Shown here: positions 40,798 through 50,149 of the stretch, in pieces
Numbering within the stretch: position 1 is the first letter of the stretch
How the letters are laid out: the number at the start of each line of letters is the position of its first letter
Source of the DNA: an uncultured Spirochaetota bacterium
GTDB lineage: Bacteria > Spirochaetota > Spirochaetia > SZUA-6 > Fen-1364
Reading direction: 5' to 3'
DNA: 64,000 nucleotides
Assembly (NCBI GenBank): GCA_963734545.1
Contig: CAVTHO010000006.1
Location: 192,001-256,000 of the forward strand
Notes under the pieces: generated by a model
The model's database searches: none
What the model saw: only the letters and a program-made list of their open reading frames with translations
What the model was told of the DNA's origin: nothing
Translations under genes and position numbers: made by a program

Positions 40798-42731
40798 GCG
40801 ACGGCCGCGGAATCGGGCAGAGACAGCCGGCCGGTGCAGGCGCGCCCGGCACACGGCCGCCTGGGCCGGGAGGTCATGGAAGGGGAGGCCCGATGGGGGG
40901 CGGACCCATGGCGGGATTCGGGGTTCCGGTGGAGAAGCCCAGGAACTTCGGGGGCTCTCTGCGGAGGCTTGTTCGCTATCTCAAGCCCCGCACGGCGCCG
41001 CTCATCGCCGTGTTCCTGCTGGCCATCCTGAGCACCGTGTTCGCCATCTTCGCGCCGAAAGTAATGGGGAACGCCACGACCCGGATCTTCGAAGGAATGC
41101 TCGGCAGAATGACGCACGTACCCGGTGCCGGCATCGATTTCGGATTCATCGGAAGGACCGTCGTGCTCCTGATCGGCCTGTACACCGTGAGCGCGGTCTT
41201 CAGCTACATTCAGCAATTCATCATGGCGGGGATTGCGCAAAAAACAGTGTACGACATGCGGCGGGACGTGAACGAGAAGCTCAGCCGGCTGCCGCTGAAG
41301 TTCCACGACGGCCGCACGCATGGGGAGATCATGAGTCGTTTCACGAACGACATGGACAATATCGCCGCCACCCTGCAGCAGAGCCTCACGCAGCTCATCA
41401 CCTCGGCCGTGACGATCGTCGGGGTCATCGTCATGATGCTCACGATCAGCCCCCTGCTGACGCTCATCACGATCGTGGTTCTCCCCCTGAGCTTCATCAT
41501 GACACGGTTCATCGCGCCGCGATCCCAGAGGCATTTCAAGGAGCAGTGGAAGCACCTGGGACAGCTCAACGGCCACGTGGAGGAGATGTACACGGGACAC
41601 AGTATCGTGAAGGCATTCGGCCGCGAGCGAAAATCCATAGAGAAGTTCAATGACACGAACGAGAAGCTCTACCAGGCAAGCTGGCGTGCGCAGTTCGTCT
41701 CCGGTCTCCTGTTCCCCCTCATGACCTTCATCAACAACATCGGCTACGTGGCGGTGGCGGTGGCCGGCGGGATCATGGTCACCGGCAGGGCGATCGCCAT
41801 CGGGGACATACAGGCGTTCATCCAGTACTCGCGGCAGTTCAGCATGCCGATCGCGCAGGTGGCCAATATCGCCAATGTCCTTCAGAGCACGGTCGCCTCC
41901 GCCGAGCGCGTCTTCGAGCTGCTCGACGAGCAGGAGGAGGTGCCTGACGCTGCGGACGCCCGCGTCCTCTCCTCTGTCCGGGGGGATGTCCGGTTCGAGA
42001 ATGTGCGCTTCAGCTACAAGGAGGATGTGCCCCTCATCGAGGGAATGAATCTCGATGTCAGGCAGGGTGAGACGGTGGCCATCGTGGGGCCCACCGGGGC
42101 GGGAAAGACCACCCTGGTGAACCTCCTCATGCGCTTCTACGATATCCAGGGGGGCAGGATCACCATTGACGGCCGGGATATTCGCGAGATACGGCGCGGG
42201 AACCTGCGCTGCACGTTCGGCATGGTGCTGCAGGACACCTGGCTGTTCAACGGCACCATCCGGGACAACATCGCGTACGGGCGGGACGAGGTCAGCGACG
42301 AGGAGGTCAGGCAGGCGGCCGTCACGGCTCATGCGGACCACTTCATCCGCACCCTCCCGGACGGCTACCACACGCTGCTCAACGAGGAGGCATCCAACAT
42401 CTCCCAGGGCCAGAGGCAGCTCCTGACCATTGCCCGCGCCGTGCTCATCGATCCGGCCATTCTCATACTGGACGAGGCGACGAGCTCCGTGGACACGAGG
42501 ACCGAGGTGCTGATCCAGAAGGCGATGGCCACCCTGATGAAAGGGCGGACGAGCTTCGTCATCGCGCACCGGCTCTCCACGATCCGGGACGCGAAGCTGA
42601 TCCTCGTGATGAACCACGGCGCGATCATCGAGACCGGCACGCACAAGGAGCTCCTGGCCCGCGGCGGCTTCTACGCGGAGCTCTACAACAGCCAGTTCAC
42701 CGGGGCGACACTGGAAGAGGAGGCGGTCTAG
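40794..42731 (+). CDS. Heterodimeric ABC exporter subunit (TMD+NBD, consensus site)
   Basis: GPTGAGKTT, ISQGQ, ILDEATS, AHRL; ATGA overlap. Confidence 0.93.
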   Translation: MSDGRGIGQRQPAGAGAPGTRPPGPGGHGRGGPMGGGPMAGFGVPVEKPRNFGGSLRRLVRYLKPRTAPLIAVFLLAILSTVFAIFAPKVMGNATTRIFEGMLGRMTHVPGAGIDFGFIGRTVVLLIGLYTVSAVFSYIQQFIMAGIAQKTVYDMRRDVNEKLSRLPLKFHDGRTHGEIMSRFTNDMDNIAATLQQSLTQLITSAVTIVGVIVMMLTISPLLTLITIVVLPLSFIMTRFIAPRSQRHFKEQWKHLGQLNGHVEEMYTGHSIVKAFGRERKSIEKFNDTNEKLYQASWRAQFVSGLLFPLMTFINNIGYVAVAVAGGIMVTGRAIAIGDIQAFIQYSRQFSMPIAQVANIANVLQSTVASAERVFELLDEQEEVPDAADARVLSSVRGDVRFENVRFSYKEDVPLIEGMNLDVRQGETVAIVGPTGAGKTTLVNLLMRFYDIQGGRITIDGRDIREIRRGNLRCTFGMVLQDTWLFNGTIRDNIAYGRDEVSDEEVRQAAVTAHADHFIRTLPDGYHTLLNEEASNISQGQRQLLTIARAVLIDPAILILDEATSSVDTRTEVLIQKAMATLMKGRTSFVIAHRLSTIRDAKLILVMNHGAIIETGTHKELLARGGFYAELYNSQFTGATLEEEAV

Positions 42732-42739
42732 GCCTGCTG

Positions 42740-42768
42740 TTGACAGCCGGCGGGCTGCCGGGTACGTT
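42740..42768 (+). promoter_or_regulatory. Promoter TTGACA-N17-TACGTT
   Basis: Hexamers ending 10 nt upstream of ATG 42779. Confidence 0.55.
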
Positions 42769-42778
42769 CAGGCCATCA

Positions 42779-43685
42779 ATGAAAAGCACCAAGCGAGATC
42801 ATAGGCAGGGCGCGCGAGCTCGGTGTGGGCCTGCCGGCGTTCAATATCGCCCATCTGCCCATGACGGAGCCGGTCATCCGGGCGGTGCGGGACCAGGATT
42901 CCTTTGCCCTCGTGGAGGTGTCACGGATCGACTGGGTCAAGTTCGGCGCAAAGAGCCTCGCCGCTGTCATGGAGGAGTACCGCAAGTGGGACGACCCCCG
43001 GCACGTGCGCATCCACCTCGACCACGTTCCGGTGATCGACGAGGACCATGAGAAGGTGGACTACCGCGCAATCATCGAGGAGGCGCTCTCCGTCGGCTAC
43101 CAGTCCGTCATGATCGACGCCTCGCGTCTCTCCCTGGAGGAGAATATCAGCACCACGCGCGAGATCGCGGAGCTTGCCCACGCGTCCGGCATTCCCGTCG
43201 AGGCGGAGCTTGGTGCCGTGCTGGGCCACGAGGAAGGGCCGCTGCCTCCCTACGAGGAGCTTTTCAAGTCCGGCAAGGGCTTTACGCGCAAGGAAGAGGC
43301 GGCGCGATTCGTGCGCGAATCGGGTTGTGACTGGCTCTCGGTGGCCATCGGCAACATACATGGCGCGGTCGGGGAAGCGACAAAGGATCAGAAGAAGCCC
43401 GAAGCGAGGCTTTCTCTGTCCCATCTCGAGATCCTCGCCGGCGTAACGGGCATCCCGCTGGTGCTGCACGGCGGCAGCGGGATCAAGCAGGCGGACATGC
43501 TCGCGTCGATGAAGAAGGGCATTGCGAAGGTCAACGTGGGCACGGAGATCCGCCAGGCATACGAGCAGGCGCTGAAGGACCGGGGCAGCGTGACGGCAGC
43601 GCAGGACGCGGTCTATGCGCGCACCGTTTCCCTGATCAAGGACTGGTTCAGCCTGACCGGCATCCGGGCCCGGATCCTCGACTGA
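42779..43685 (+). CDS. Class II fructose/tagatose-bisphosphate aldolase (frameshift near 42795)
   Basis: PAFNI, HLDH, SVMIDAS, VEAELG, AIGNIHG, LVLHGGSG. Confidence 0.9.
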
Positions 43686-43691
43686 GCCGCG

Positions 43692-45201
43692 TCACACGGC
43701 GCGCAGATAGTCCTTCATGAGCGGCCAGAGCTCCCGGTAGCGCCCGTGCCTCTCCCGGTAGAGGCGCTGGCTGACCGGTTCCGGCTCGAATCTCTCTCCC
43801 AGGCTCACCATGGCGCGCACGCCTTCCGCTATGGATGCAAACACTCCGATTCCTGCGCCTGCCAGGATGGCGGCCCCGAGACAGCCGGCTTCAGCGACCC
43901 GGGCGCGCACCATCGGGCTTGCCGAGGATGTCGGCGCGTGATCTGCAGCCACGCATCCGACTTGCTGCCCCCGCCCACGGCGCGCAGCTCCTTCATGGCG
44001 ATTCCGGTCTCCGCGATCGAATCCACGAGCTCCTTGTGATAGAAGACGACCCCTTCCATGATTCCTTTCAGAATGTCTCCCCGGGTGGTATCCAGCTTCA
44101 GCCCGACGATCACGCCGGAAGAATCAGTGACGAACTCCGGGGGGCCCGTGACCGTGAAGTGCGGGAGCACGAATACGCTGCGAAGGGCCGGCCGGTATCT
44201 CGCTGATCAGGTCCGCGTACACGTCCCTGCCCGATTTCTCCGCGGCCTCCTTGTCGGCCCGGGCAAATGTGTCCCGGTACCACTTCAGGAGCAGCCCTCC
44301 CTGGTTGTAGATAAAGCTGACGAACCGTCCGGGCACCGCGTGGTGTTCCGTGTTCAGGCCCCACCGCATCATGATTTCCGGTGTCTTGCGCCCCGTGAAG
44401 ACCGGCACGATTGTCAGGTAGGTCCCCATGCCGCTCATGCCGAACCCGGCATCCGTGACGCCGCAGCCGAGCGCGTTGGCGCACTGGTCGTGCGAGCCCG
44501 CCACGATCGCGGTGCTCGTCGGCGAGGCCCAGCTCCTCCGCAATCGGACCGGAAACGCTGCCGATCCGTGTTCCCGCGGGGACGGGATCGGGAAGCTTCG
44601 AAAGATCGATGCCCGCCGATGCCCGCCGATCTCCCTTGACCACGCACAGGCGTCCACGTCGAAAAGGAGGGTGCGGTTGGCGAGGGAATAGTCGACGGCG
44701 GGCTCGGCGCCGAGCATGAAGGAGACAAAGCCGCTCCACAGGAGGAACTTCCACGCTCCCGCGTAGATCTCGCGGGGTATGGTCCCTGATCCACATCAGC
44801 TTCGGAAGACTGAACTGGATCCCGAGGACGTTCCCGTTGATCCGGTAGAGCTTCTCGGCTCCGATGCCGGTTTCCAGCCGGGGAAGATACTCCTCCCCCC
44901 GGCTGTCGATCATGAGGAGCGAGGGGCCGAGGATGCGCCGGTCCCGGGAGACCGGGACCATGGCCTCACCCATCGAGGAAACGGAGAGGGCCTTGACCGG
45001 GTCCCCCGCCGCGCCGCTCACCGCGCTGCGGATCGATTTTCTCACCCGGTCCCACACCTCTGTCGGATCCAGCTCCGACCAGCCCGGCCGCGGACGCCGG
45101 ATGTCGTACTCGTCGTACGCGAATGAGAGCGGGTGTCCCGTCTCGGAGAATACGGCCGCCTTGCAGCCCGTTGTCCCGACGTCTATGCCGAGGAGACTCA
45201 T
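43692..45201 (-). CDS. FGGY carbohydrate kinase (xylulokinase-like); several frameshifts
   Basis: GIDVGTTGCK, GSHDQ, GGGSKS, LGAAILAG across fragments. Confidence 0.87.
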
Positions 45202-45248
45202 TCGCCTATACCACTTCCCCGGCAGCAAGTTGTCAAGCCACAAGGCCC

Positions 45249-45350
45249 GAATCCGCGGGGTACGCGAGTACGCGTTCCGCGCGAACGCGGAACTGCGCGG
45301 TGTACCGTGCAAGGTATCGCGGCGCCAAATCCACGGAATACCGTGGCGCG
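45249..45350 (+). repeat. RAAT-hairpin tandem; first unit carries a 50-nt triple-hairpin insert, second unit empty
   Basis: GAAT CCGCGG G GTAC [GCGAGTACGC GTTC CGCGCGAACGCG GAAC TGCGCGGTGTACCGTGCA AG] GTAT CGCGG CGCC AAAT CCACGG AATA CCGTGG CGCG. Confidence 0.8.
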
Positions 45351-45405
45351 GATTACTCTGGACTTTCGCTGCCGGCGCGTGTACCATGGCGCAAAAAGGC
45401 AGACC

Positions 45406-46431
45406 ATGACGAAGAACCCGAAGCGCGCGGAGGTTGCCCGACTTGCGGGCGTCTCGGAATCGACCGTTTCACGCTCGCTGAATGATTCGCCCCACATCTC
45501 TTCCGTGAGCAAGAAGAAGGTGCGGGATGCGGCAAAGACGCTCGGCTACATCCCCTCGCGGCAGGCTGCCCTGTTCGCCTGGAACCGCACCTTTACTCTC
45601 GGGTTCGTCGTTCCCTCGTACGCCTCGTTCCCGCCCTTTTCCCGCGCGTATTTCCCGGCCCTGCTGGACGGGGCCGTGCTCGGCGCAAAGCAGCTCGGGT
45701 TCACGATCGCCATCGTGCTGGACCAGGTGGACGTAGAGACACGGGACTACAGCGCCCTTATCCGCAGCAGGACCTTCGACGGTCTTCTGTTCGCCGTGAC
45801 CAAGGCGGACTACACCCCTTTTCACAGGCTGAAGAAAAACAAGATCCCGTTCGTCCTGGTCAACAACTACTGCCCGGGGCTCGATTCCGTGGACGCGCGG
45901 CCCGAGCCGGGAATGCGCAAGGCATTTGCCCATGCCGCCTCCATGGGCCATTCACACATCGGCTATGTCACCGGCGACATGGTGTACAGGAACGCAATCG
46001 ACAGGCTGGATGTCTTCAAGCGCCTCGCGTGCGAGTTCGGAATGCGGACGGATATCGCCCAGGGAGACTTCTCCAAGACCTCCGGGTATCGCGAAACGGG
46101 CAGGCTCATGGAAGCAAAGGACCCCCCCACGCTCATCATGACGAGCTCTGACCGGGAGGCTCTCGGCGTGCTGCAGTATTGCAGCGAACGCGGGCTGCGC
46201 GTGCCCCGTGACCTGAGCGTGATCGGGTACGACAACCTGCACCCGGCCCAGGACGTCACCCCGGCGCTCTCCACGGTGGACAACCCCGTCAGCCGCACCG
46301 GTTGGGACGCGGCCCAGCTCCTCATCGGCATCATCAACGGCTACGTGACCGAGCCCGTCCAGCACTGGCTGAACACGGATTTTGTGGCCCGCGGGTCCAC
46401 CGCGGCGGCGCCATCGGGGAGCGCGCGGTGA
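45406..46431 (+). CDS. LacI-family regulator
   Basis: VARLAGVSESTVSRSLN HTH, VPRDLSVIGYD. Confidence 0.93.
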   Translation: MTKNPKRAEVARLAGVSESTVSRSLNDSPHISSVSKKKVRDAAKTLGYIPSRQAALFAWNRTFTLGFVVPSYASFPPFSRAYFPALLDGAVLGAKQLGFTIAIVLDQVDVETRDYSALIRSRTFDGLLFAVTKADYTPFHRLKKNKIPFVLVNNYCPGLDSVDARPEPGMRKAFAHAASMGHSHIGYVTGDMVYRNAIDRLDVFKRLACEFGMRTDIAQGDFSKTSGYRETGRLMEAKDPPTLIMTSSDREALGVLQYCSERGLRVPRDLSVIGYDNLHPAQDVTPALSTVDNPVSRTGWDAAQLLIGIINGYVTEPVQHWLNTDFVARGSTAAAPSGSAR

Positions 46432-47549
46432 GCACGGTACCCGCTCCGGTGAGGATCGGGATCGTCGGCTCGGGAAGCATGGCGGAGTACCACGTCAAGA
46501 AGTTCGCAGCGCTCCCCGGCGTGCTCGTTTCCGCCTGCTCGGACAGGAATGCGTCGCATGCGCGCGATTTCGCGCATCGTCTGCGCATACCGCGCTGGTA
46601 TGCGTCTGCCCGGGAGCTGGCAGGCTCGGGCGATGTCGATTGCGCCTCGATCGCCGTTGTGGACTCGGGCCATGCAGCCGCCGCGCTCGCCATTCTGCAA
46701 GGCGGCATCCCCGTGTTCGCGGAAAAACCTCTCGCGCGCACCGTGCCGGAGGCTGAACAGCTCCTGGCCGCTTCCCGCGCGGCAGGCGTCCCCGCCCTCG
46801 TCAACTTCTCCAAGCGGAACGCTCCGGCCGTTGCGCTGGCGCGGCGCCTCGTGGCAGATGGGCGGATCGGCAGGGTGACGGGCGGGTGCTTCACCTACCT
46901 GCAGAGCTGGCTTCTACAAGACTCGTGGGGCAAGTGGGACGCCACCTCCCGCTGGCGCTGGCGTCTGTCTCCGGAGACGAGCACGGACGGCGTCATCGGT
47001 GACCTGTTGAGCCATCTCATCGACATGGTGAGATTCGTGCTGGGAGAGATCGAATCCGCCACCTGCGCCGCGACCTTTCTGACACCTGACCCGGACTCCC
47101 CGGCCAGCCCGGGAGCCGCGGACTCCTGCGCGGCGCAATTCCGGCTGCAGTCGCAGGCGTTGATCTCGGCCCGCGCAAGCTGGCGCGCGGCAGGGTACCT
47201 GGACGCTCTCGCGTTCGATCTCGAGGGAGACAAGGGAAGCCTCACCGCCGACCTTGCCGCATCCCGTGACACGGTGAAGCTGCGGGAAAAGGCCGGCGGC
47301 GACTGGACCGAGATTCACGCGGAGCCATGCCCGTCCACCTACGAGCAGTTCATTGCCGCGGTCCGGGGCGGGGAACGCGCGGGCCCGTGCTTCGAGGAGG
47401 GAGTCGCCGTCCAGCGCGTCATCGACGCCTGCTCACGATCGACGCACCGCGTCGGCGCGGAACGCGTACTCGCGTACCCGGCGGATTCCGCATCGACGTA
47501 CCCGGCGGATTCCGCATCGACGTACCCGGCGGATTCCGCGCGGGGGTGA
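46428..47549 (+). CDS. Gfo/Idh/MocA oxidoreductase
   Basis: GIVGSG, EKPL, YLQSW, GDLLSH; C-terminal tail encoded by repeats. Confidence 0.88.
   Translation: MSTVPAPVRIGIVGSGSMAEYHVKKFAALPGVLVSACSDRNASHARDFAHRLRIPRWYASARELAGSGDVDCASIAVVDSGHAAAALAILQGGIPVFAEKPLARTVPEAEQLLAASRAAGVPALVNFSKRNAPAVALARRLVADGRIGRVTGGCFTYLQSWLLQDSWGKWDATSRWRWRLSPETSTDGVIGDLLSHLIDMVRFVLGEIESATCAATFLTPDPDSPASPGAADSCAAQFRLQSQALISARASWRAAGYLDALAFDLEGDKGSLTADLAASRDTVKLREKAGGDWTEIHAEPCPSTYEQFIAAVRGGERAGPCFEEGVAVQRVIDACSRSTHRVGAERVLAYPADSASTYPADSASTYPADSARG
47438..47539 (-). repeat. 3 x 24-bp tandem of the RAAT family, one unit carrying the 26-nt insert
   Basis: (ATCGAC GTAC CCGGCGGATTCCGC)x3 on +; insert 47448-47473 between GCAC and GTAC. 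Confidence 0.88.
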
Positions 47550-47552
47550 CGG

Positions 47553-48437
47553 ATGATTCACCCACGAATCGGCACCCTCGTGAAAGGAGACAAGGACCCG
47601 GCGCGCGCAATCCGCGAGCTCGCCCCCCTTGGCTTCGAAAGCTTTTCCATCACCTTCTGGCAGTCTCTCGGCGCGGTCGATCCGACCGAGCTGGCACGCG
47701 AGGTGCGCGCCGCGGCAGGGGAGACCGGCACGGTAATCAGCTCGGTCAGCATCTACGGCGACATCCTGCGCGGCGACCCTTCCGCGGAGGAGACGCTCCA
47801 CGGCTACGAGGCTCTCATCGACTCTGCCCCTGCGTTTGGGACCGACATAGTCAGCGGCTTCACGGGGAGGATCCCGGACCGCCCGATTGAAGAATCGATC
47901 GGGCCCTGGAAATCCGTATTCCAAAGGCTCCTGGCGCGCGCGGAAGACAAGGGCGTGCGTCTTGCCATGGAGAACTGCCGCATGGGCGGCACCTGGAAGA
48001 CAGGGCGTTGGAACCTGGCAATCGGGCCGGACGCCTGGGAAGCGCTTTTCAACGAGATACCGTCTGCCGCCCTCGGCCTGGAGTGGGAGCCGTGCCATCA
48101 GCTCCTGTGCCTGGCTGACCCGGTGGCCCAGCTTCAGCGCTGGGCGCCGAAAGTGTTTCACGTACACGGCAAGGATGCCCACATCGACTGGGAGGTCATT
48201 CGCGCGCACGGCGTGTTTGGAAAAGCAAAATGGGCAGTGCAAAGGACGGCGGGCTTTGGAGACTCGGATTGGACGACCATCATTGCCGCCCTGGCGAAGG
48301 CCGGCTACGAAGGCGCAATAGACATCGAAGGCTGGAATGACCCCGTGTTCAGGGATGAGCGTGAAATCGAGGGCCAGGTCCAGGGCATGCGGCACCTGAA
48401 AGCGTGCAGAGAACTGGCCCTAGGAAAATCCCCGTAG
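47553..48437 (+). CDS. Sugar phosphate isomerase/epimerase (xylose-isomerase-like TIM barrel)
   Basis: AMEN, EWEPCH, HVHGKD, DIEG metal ligands. Confidence 0.85.
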   Translation: MIHPRIGTLVKGDKDPARAIRELAPLGFESFSITFWQSLGAVDPTELAREVRAAAGETGTVISSVSIYGDILRGDPSAEETLHGYEALIDSAPAFGTDIVSGFTGRIPDRPIEESIGPWKSVFQRLLARAEDKGVRLAMENCRMGGTWKTGRWNLAIGPDAWEALFNEIPSAALGLEWEPCHQLLCLADPVAQLQRWAPKVFHVHGKDAHIDWEVIRAHGVFGKAKWAVQRTAGFGDSDWTTIIAALAKAGYEGAIDIEGWNDPVFRDEREIEGQVQGMRHLKACRELALGKSP

Positions 48438-48494
48438 TCCCCGGTTTCAAATAAGTTCTCATTTCGAAAGGAATTACGAACAAACAAAAAAACC

Positions 48495-48557
48495 TTGCAT
48501 TTTCACCAAGGCCGGTGTACGATGCCACGGTGTTTATGCACGCGCGTGCATAAACAC
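48495..48557 (+). promoter_or_regulatory. Promoter TTGCAT-N17-TACGAT and perfect 28-bp palindromic LacI-type operator (48530-48557)
   Basis: GTGTTTATGCACGCGCGTGCATAAACAC at the predicted +1, with a CG-centred core; LacI gene nearby. Confidence 0.78.
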
Positions 48558-48620
48558 GTCGTGGGACATCGGTTGAAAACCGATGTCTTCATAATTTCCG
48601 CATCCGAAGGAGGATGGACC

Positions 48621-49943
48621 ATGAAGCGTTTGAGCATCGTTCTGTCCACGCTCGTTCTGCTCTTGGCTGCGACCACGGTGTTCGCGGCGCCCGTCAAGAA
48701 CCTGACCATCTTGTGGGCACAGTGGGATCCCGCTGATTACCTTCAGCAGCTGGGCAACGAATACCAGAAGGCCACCGGCATCAGCGTGAAGATCATCCAG
48801 GAGCCCTGGGGATCATTCCAGGATCGGTTCCAGACCGCCATGGCGGCAAAGGGAACCGAATGGGATATGGTCATCGGAGACAGCCAGTGGCTCGGAACCG
48901 GCGCCACCAGCGGGCAGTACATCGATCTGACCAATTTCATGAACAGCAACAACCTGACAAAAACGGTGACCCCTGCCACGTTGAAGTTCTACGGTGAATA
49001 CCCCATGAACTCCGGCAAGTACTGGGCGTATCCGACCGAGGGTGATGCCTGCGGGTTCGCCTATCGTACGGACCTCTTCAATGCCCCCGCTGAGAAGGCA
49101 GCCTTCCAGAAGAAGTACGGCTATGCGCTTGCCGCACCGAAGACGTGGGCACAGTTCCGTGACATTGCAGAGTTCTTCACCCGGCCCGACAAGGGCATCT
49201 GGGGCGCTGCTATCTACACGCAGAAGGACTATGACGCCCTTACCATGGGAGTGGAAACCGCGCTGTTCTCCTGGGGCGTGGACTGGCAGGACAAGAACAA
49301 CAACGTCCTGGGAGTGGTGAACTCGAAGAAGGCCATCGATGCGATCCAGTTCTATCACGACCTGTACCAGAAGTTCTCGCCTCCTGGCCTTTCCAATGCC
49401 TTCTTCAATGAAACCAACGATGCGTTCATCAGCGGCAAGGCGGCCATGGCGATGAACTACTTCGCATTCCTTCCGTCCCTGTTGAACAAGGGCACGAACC
49501 CGAACTACTACAACAAGGTCGGATACTTCGTGAACCCTGCCGGCCCTTACGGTGACCGCTACGCTGCTCTGGGAGGCCAGGGCATGAGCGTCATCAGCTA
49601 CATCGACGCGGATCGCCAGAAGGCGTCCCTTGATTTCATCAAGTGGTTTGCCCAGGACAAGACGCAGCAGAGGTGGGCGGAGCTGGGCGGCTACTCCTGC
49701 AACATCAAGACCCTGAAGAGCGATGCGTTCCTGAAGGGACAGCCCTACAACCCCGCATTTGCGGAGACCATGACCTTCGTGAAGGACTTCTGGAACATCC
49801 CGGTCTACGGACCGCTCCTCCAGTCGGCCCAGAAATACCTGCACCGCTATGTCGTGGAAAACGTCGGCACTGCCAAGGAAGCCCTGGATTCCATGGCAAA
49901 GGAGCAGGACGCGGTCCTGCGGGAAAACGGCTACATCAAATAG
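48621..49943 (+). CDS. Sugar ABC transporter substrate-binding protein (CUT1)
   Basis: Signal peptide ending VFA, GDSQW, YRTDLF; GGAGG RBS. Confidence 0.9.
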   Translation: MKRLSIVLSTLVLLLAATTVFAAPVKNLTILWAQWDPADYLQQLGNEYQKATGISVKIIQEPWGSFQDRFQTAMAAKGTEWDMVIGDSQWLGTGATSGQYIDLTNFMNSNNLTKTVTPATLKFYGEYPMNSGKYWAYPTEGDACGFAYRTDLFNAPAEKAAFQKKYGYALAAPKTWAQFRDIAEFFTRPDKGIWGAAIYTQKDYDALTMGVETALFSWGVDWQDKNNNVLGVVNSKKAIDAIQFYHDLYQKFSPPGLSNAFFNETNDAFISGKAAMAMNYFAFLPSLLNKGTNPNYYNKVGYFVNPAGPYGDRYAALGGQGMSVISYIDADRQKASLDFIKWFAQDKTQQRWAELGGYSCNIKTLKSDAFLKGQPYNPAFAETMTFVKDFWNIPVYGPLLQSAQKYLHRYVVENVGTAKEALDSMAKEQDAVLRENGYIK

Positions 49944-49960
49944 AGAAGAACCTGTGAATG

Positions 49961-49984
49961 GGGGAGGTGGGCAGCCGCCTCCCC
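49961..49984 (+). terminator. Hairpin after the SBP gene (terminator or mRNA stabiliser)
   Basis: GGGGAGGTGG-GCAG-CCGCCTCCCC. Confidence 0.55.
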
Positions 49985-50005
49985 GCTCTCTGGCCTGAAC
50001 AAAAA

Positions 50006-50087
50006 GTGCGCCGACGTGCTCGGCGGATTTGGTGCGCCGACGTACGGGGTATTCCCCGAACGGGTACTCCCGTACTCGGCGGATTTG
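50006..50087 (-). repeat. 2 x 26-bp RAAT-family tandem, one unit carrying the 26-nt insert with GTAC duplication
   Basis: On minus strand: AAAT CCGCCG A GTAC [GGGAGTACCC GTTC GGGGAATACCCC] GTAC GTCGG CGCACC AAAT CCGCCG AGCA CGTCGG. Confidence 0.88.
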
Positions 50088-50149
50088 GTGACGCGGAGGC
50101 GGCCTCAGCCGTCTCTGGAAGCAGAGAACGGATCGAAAGAGGTAGGCGT

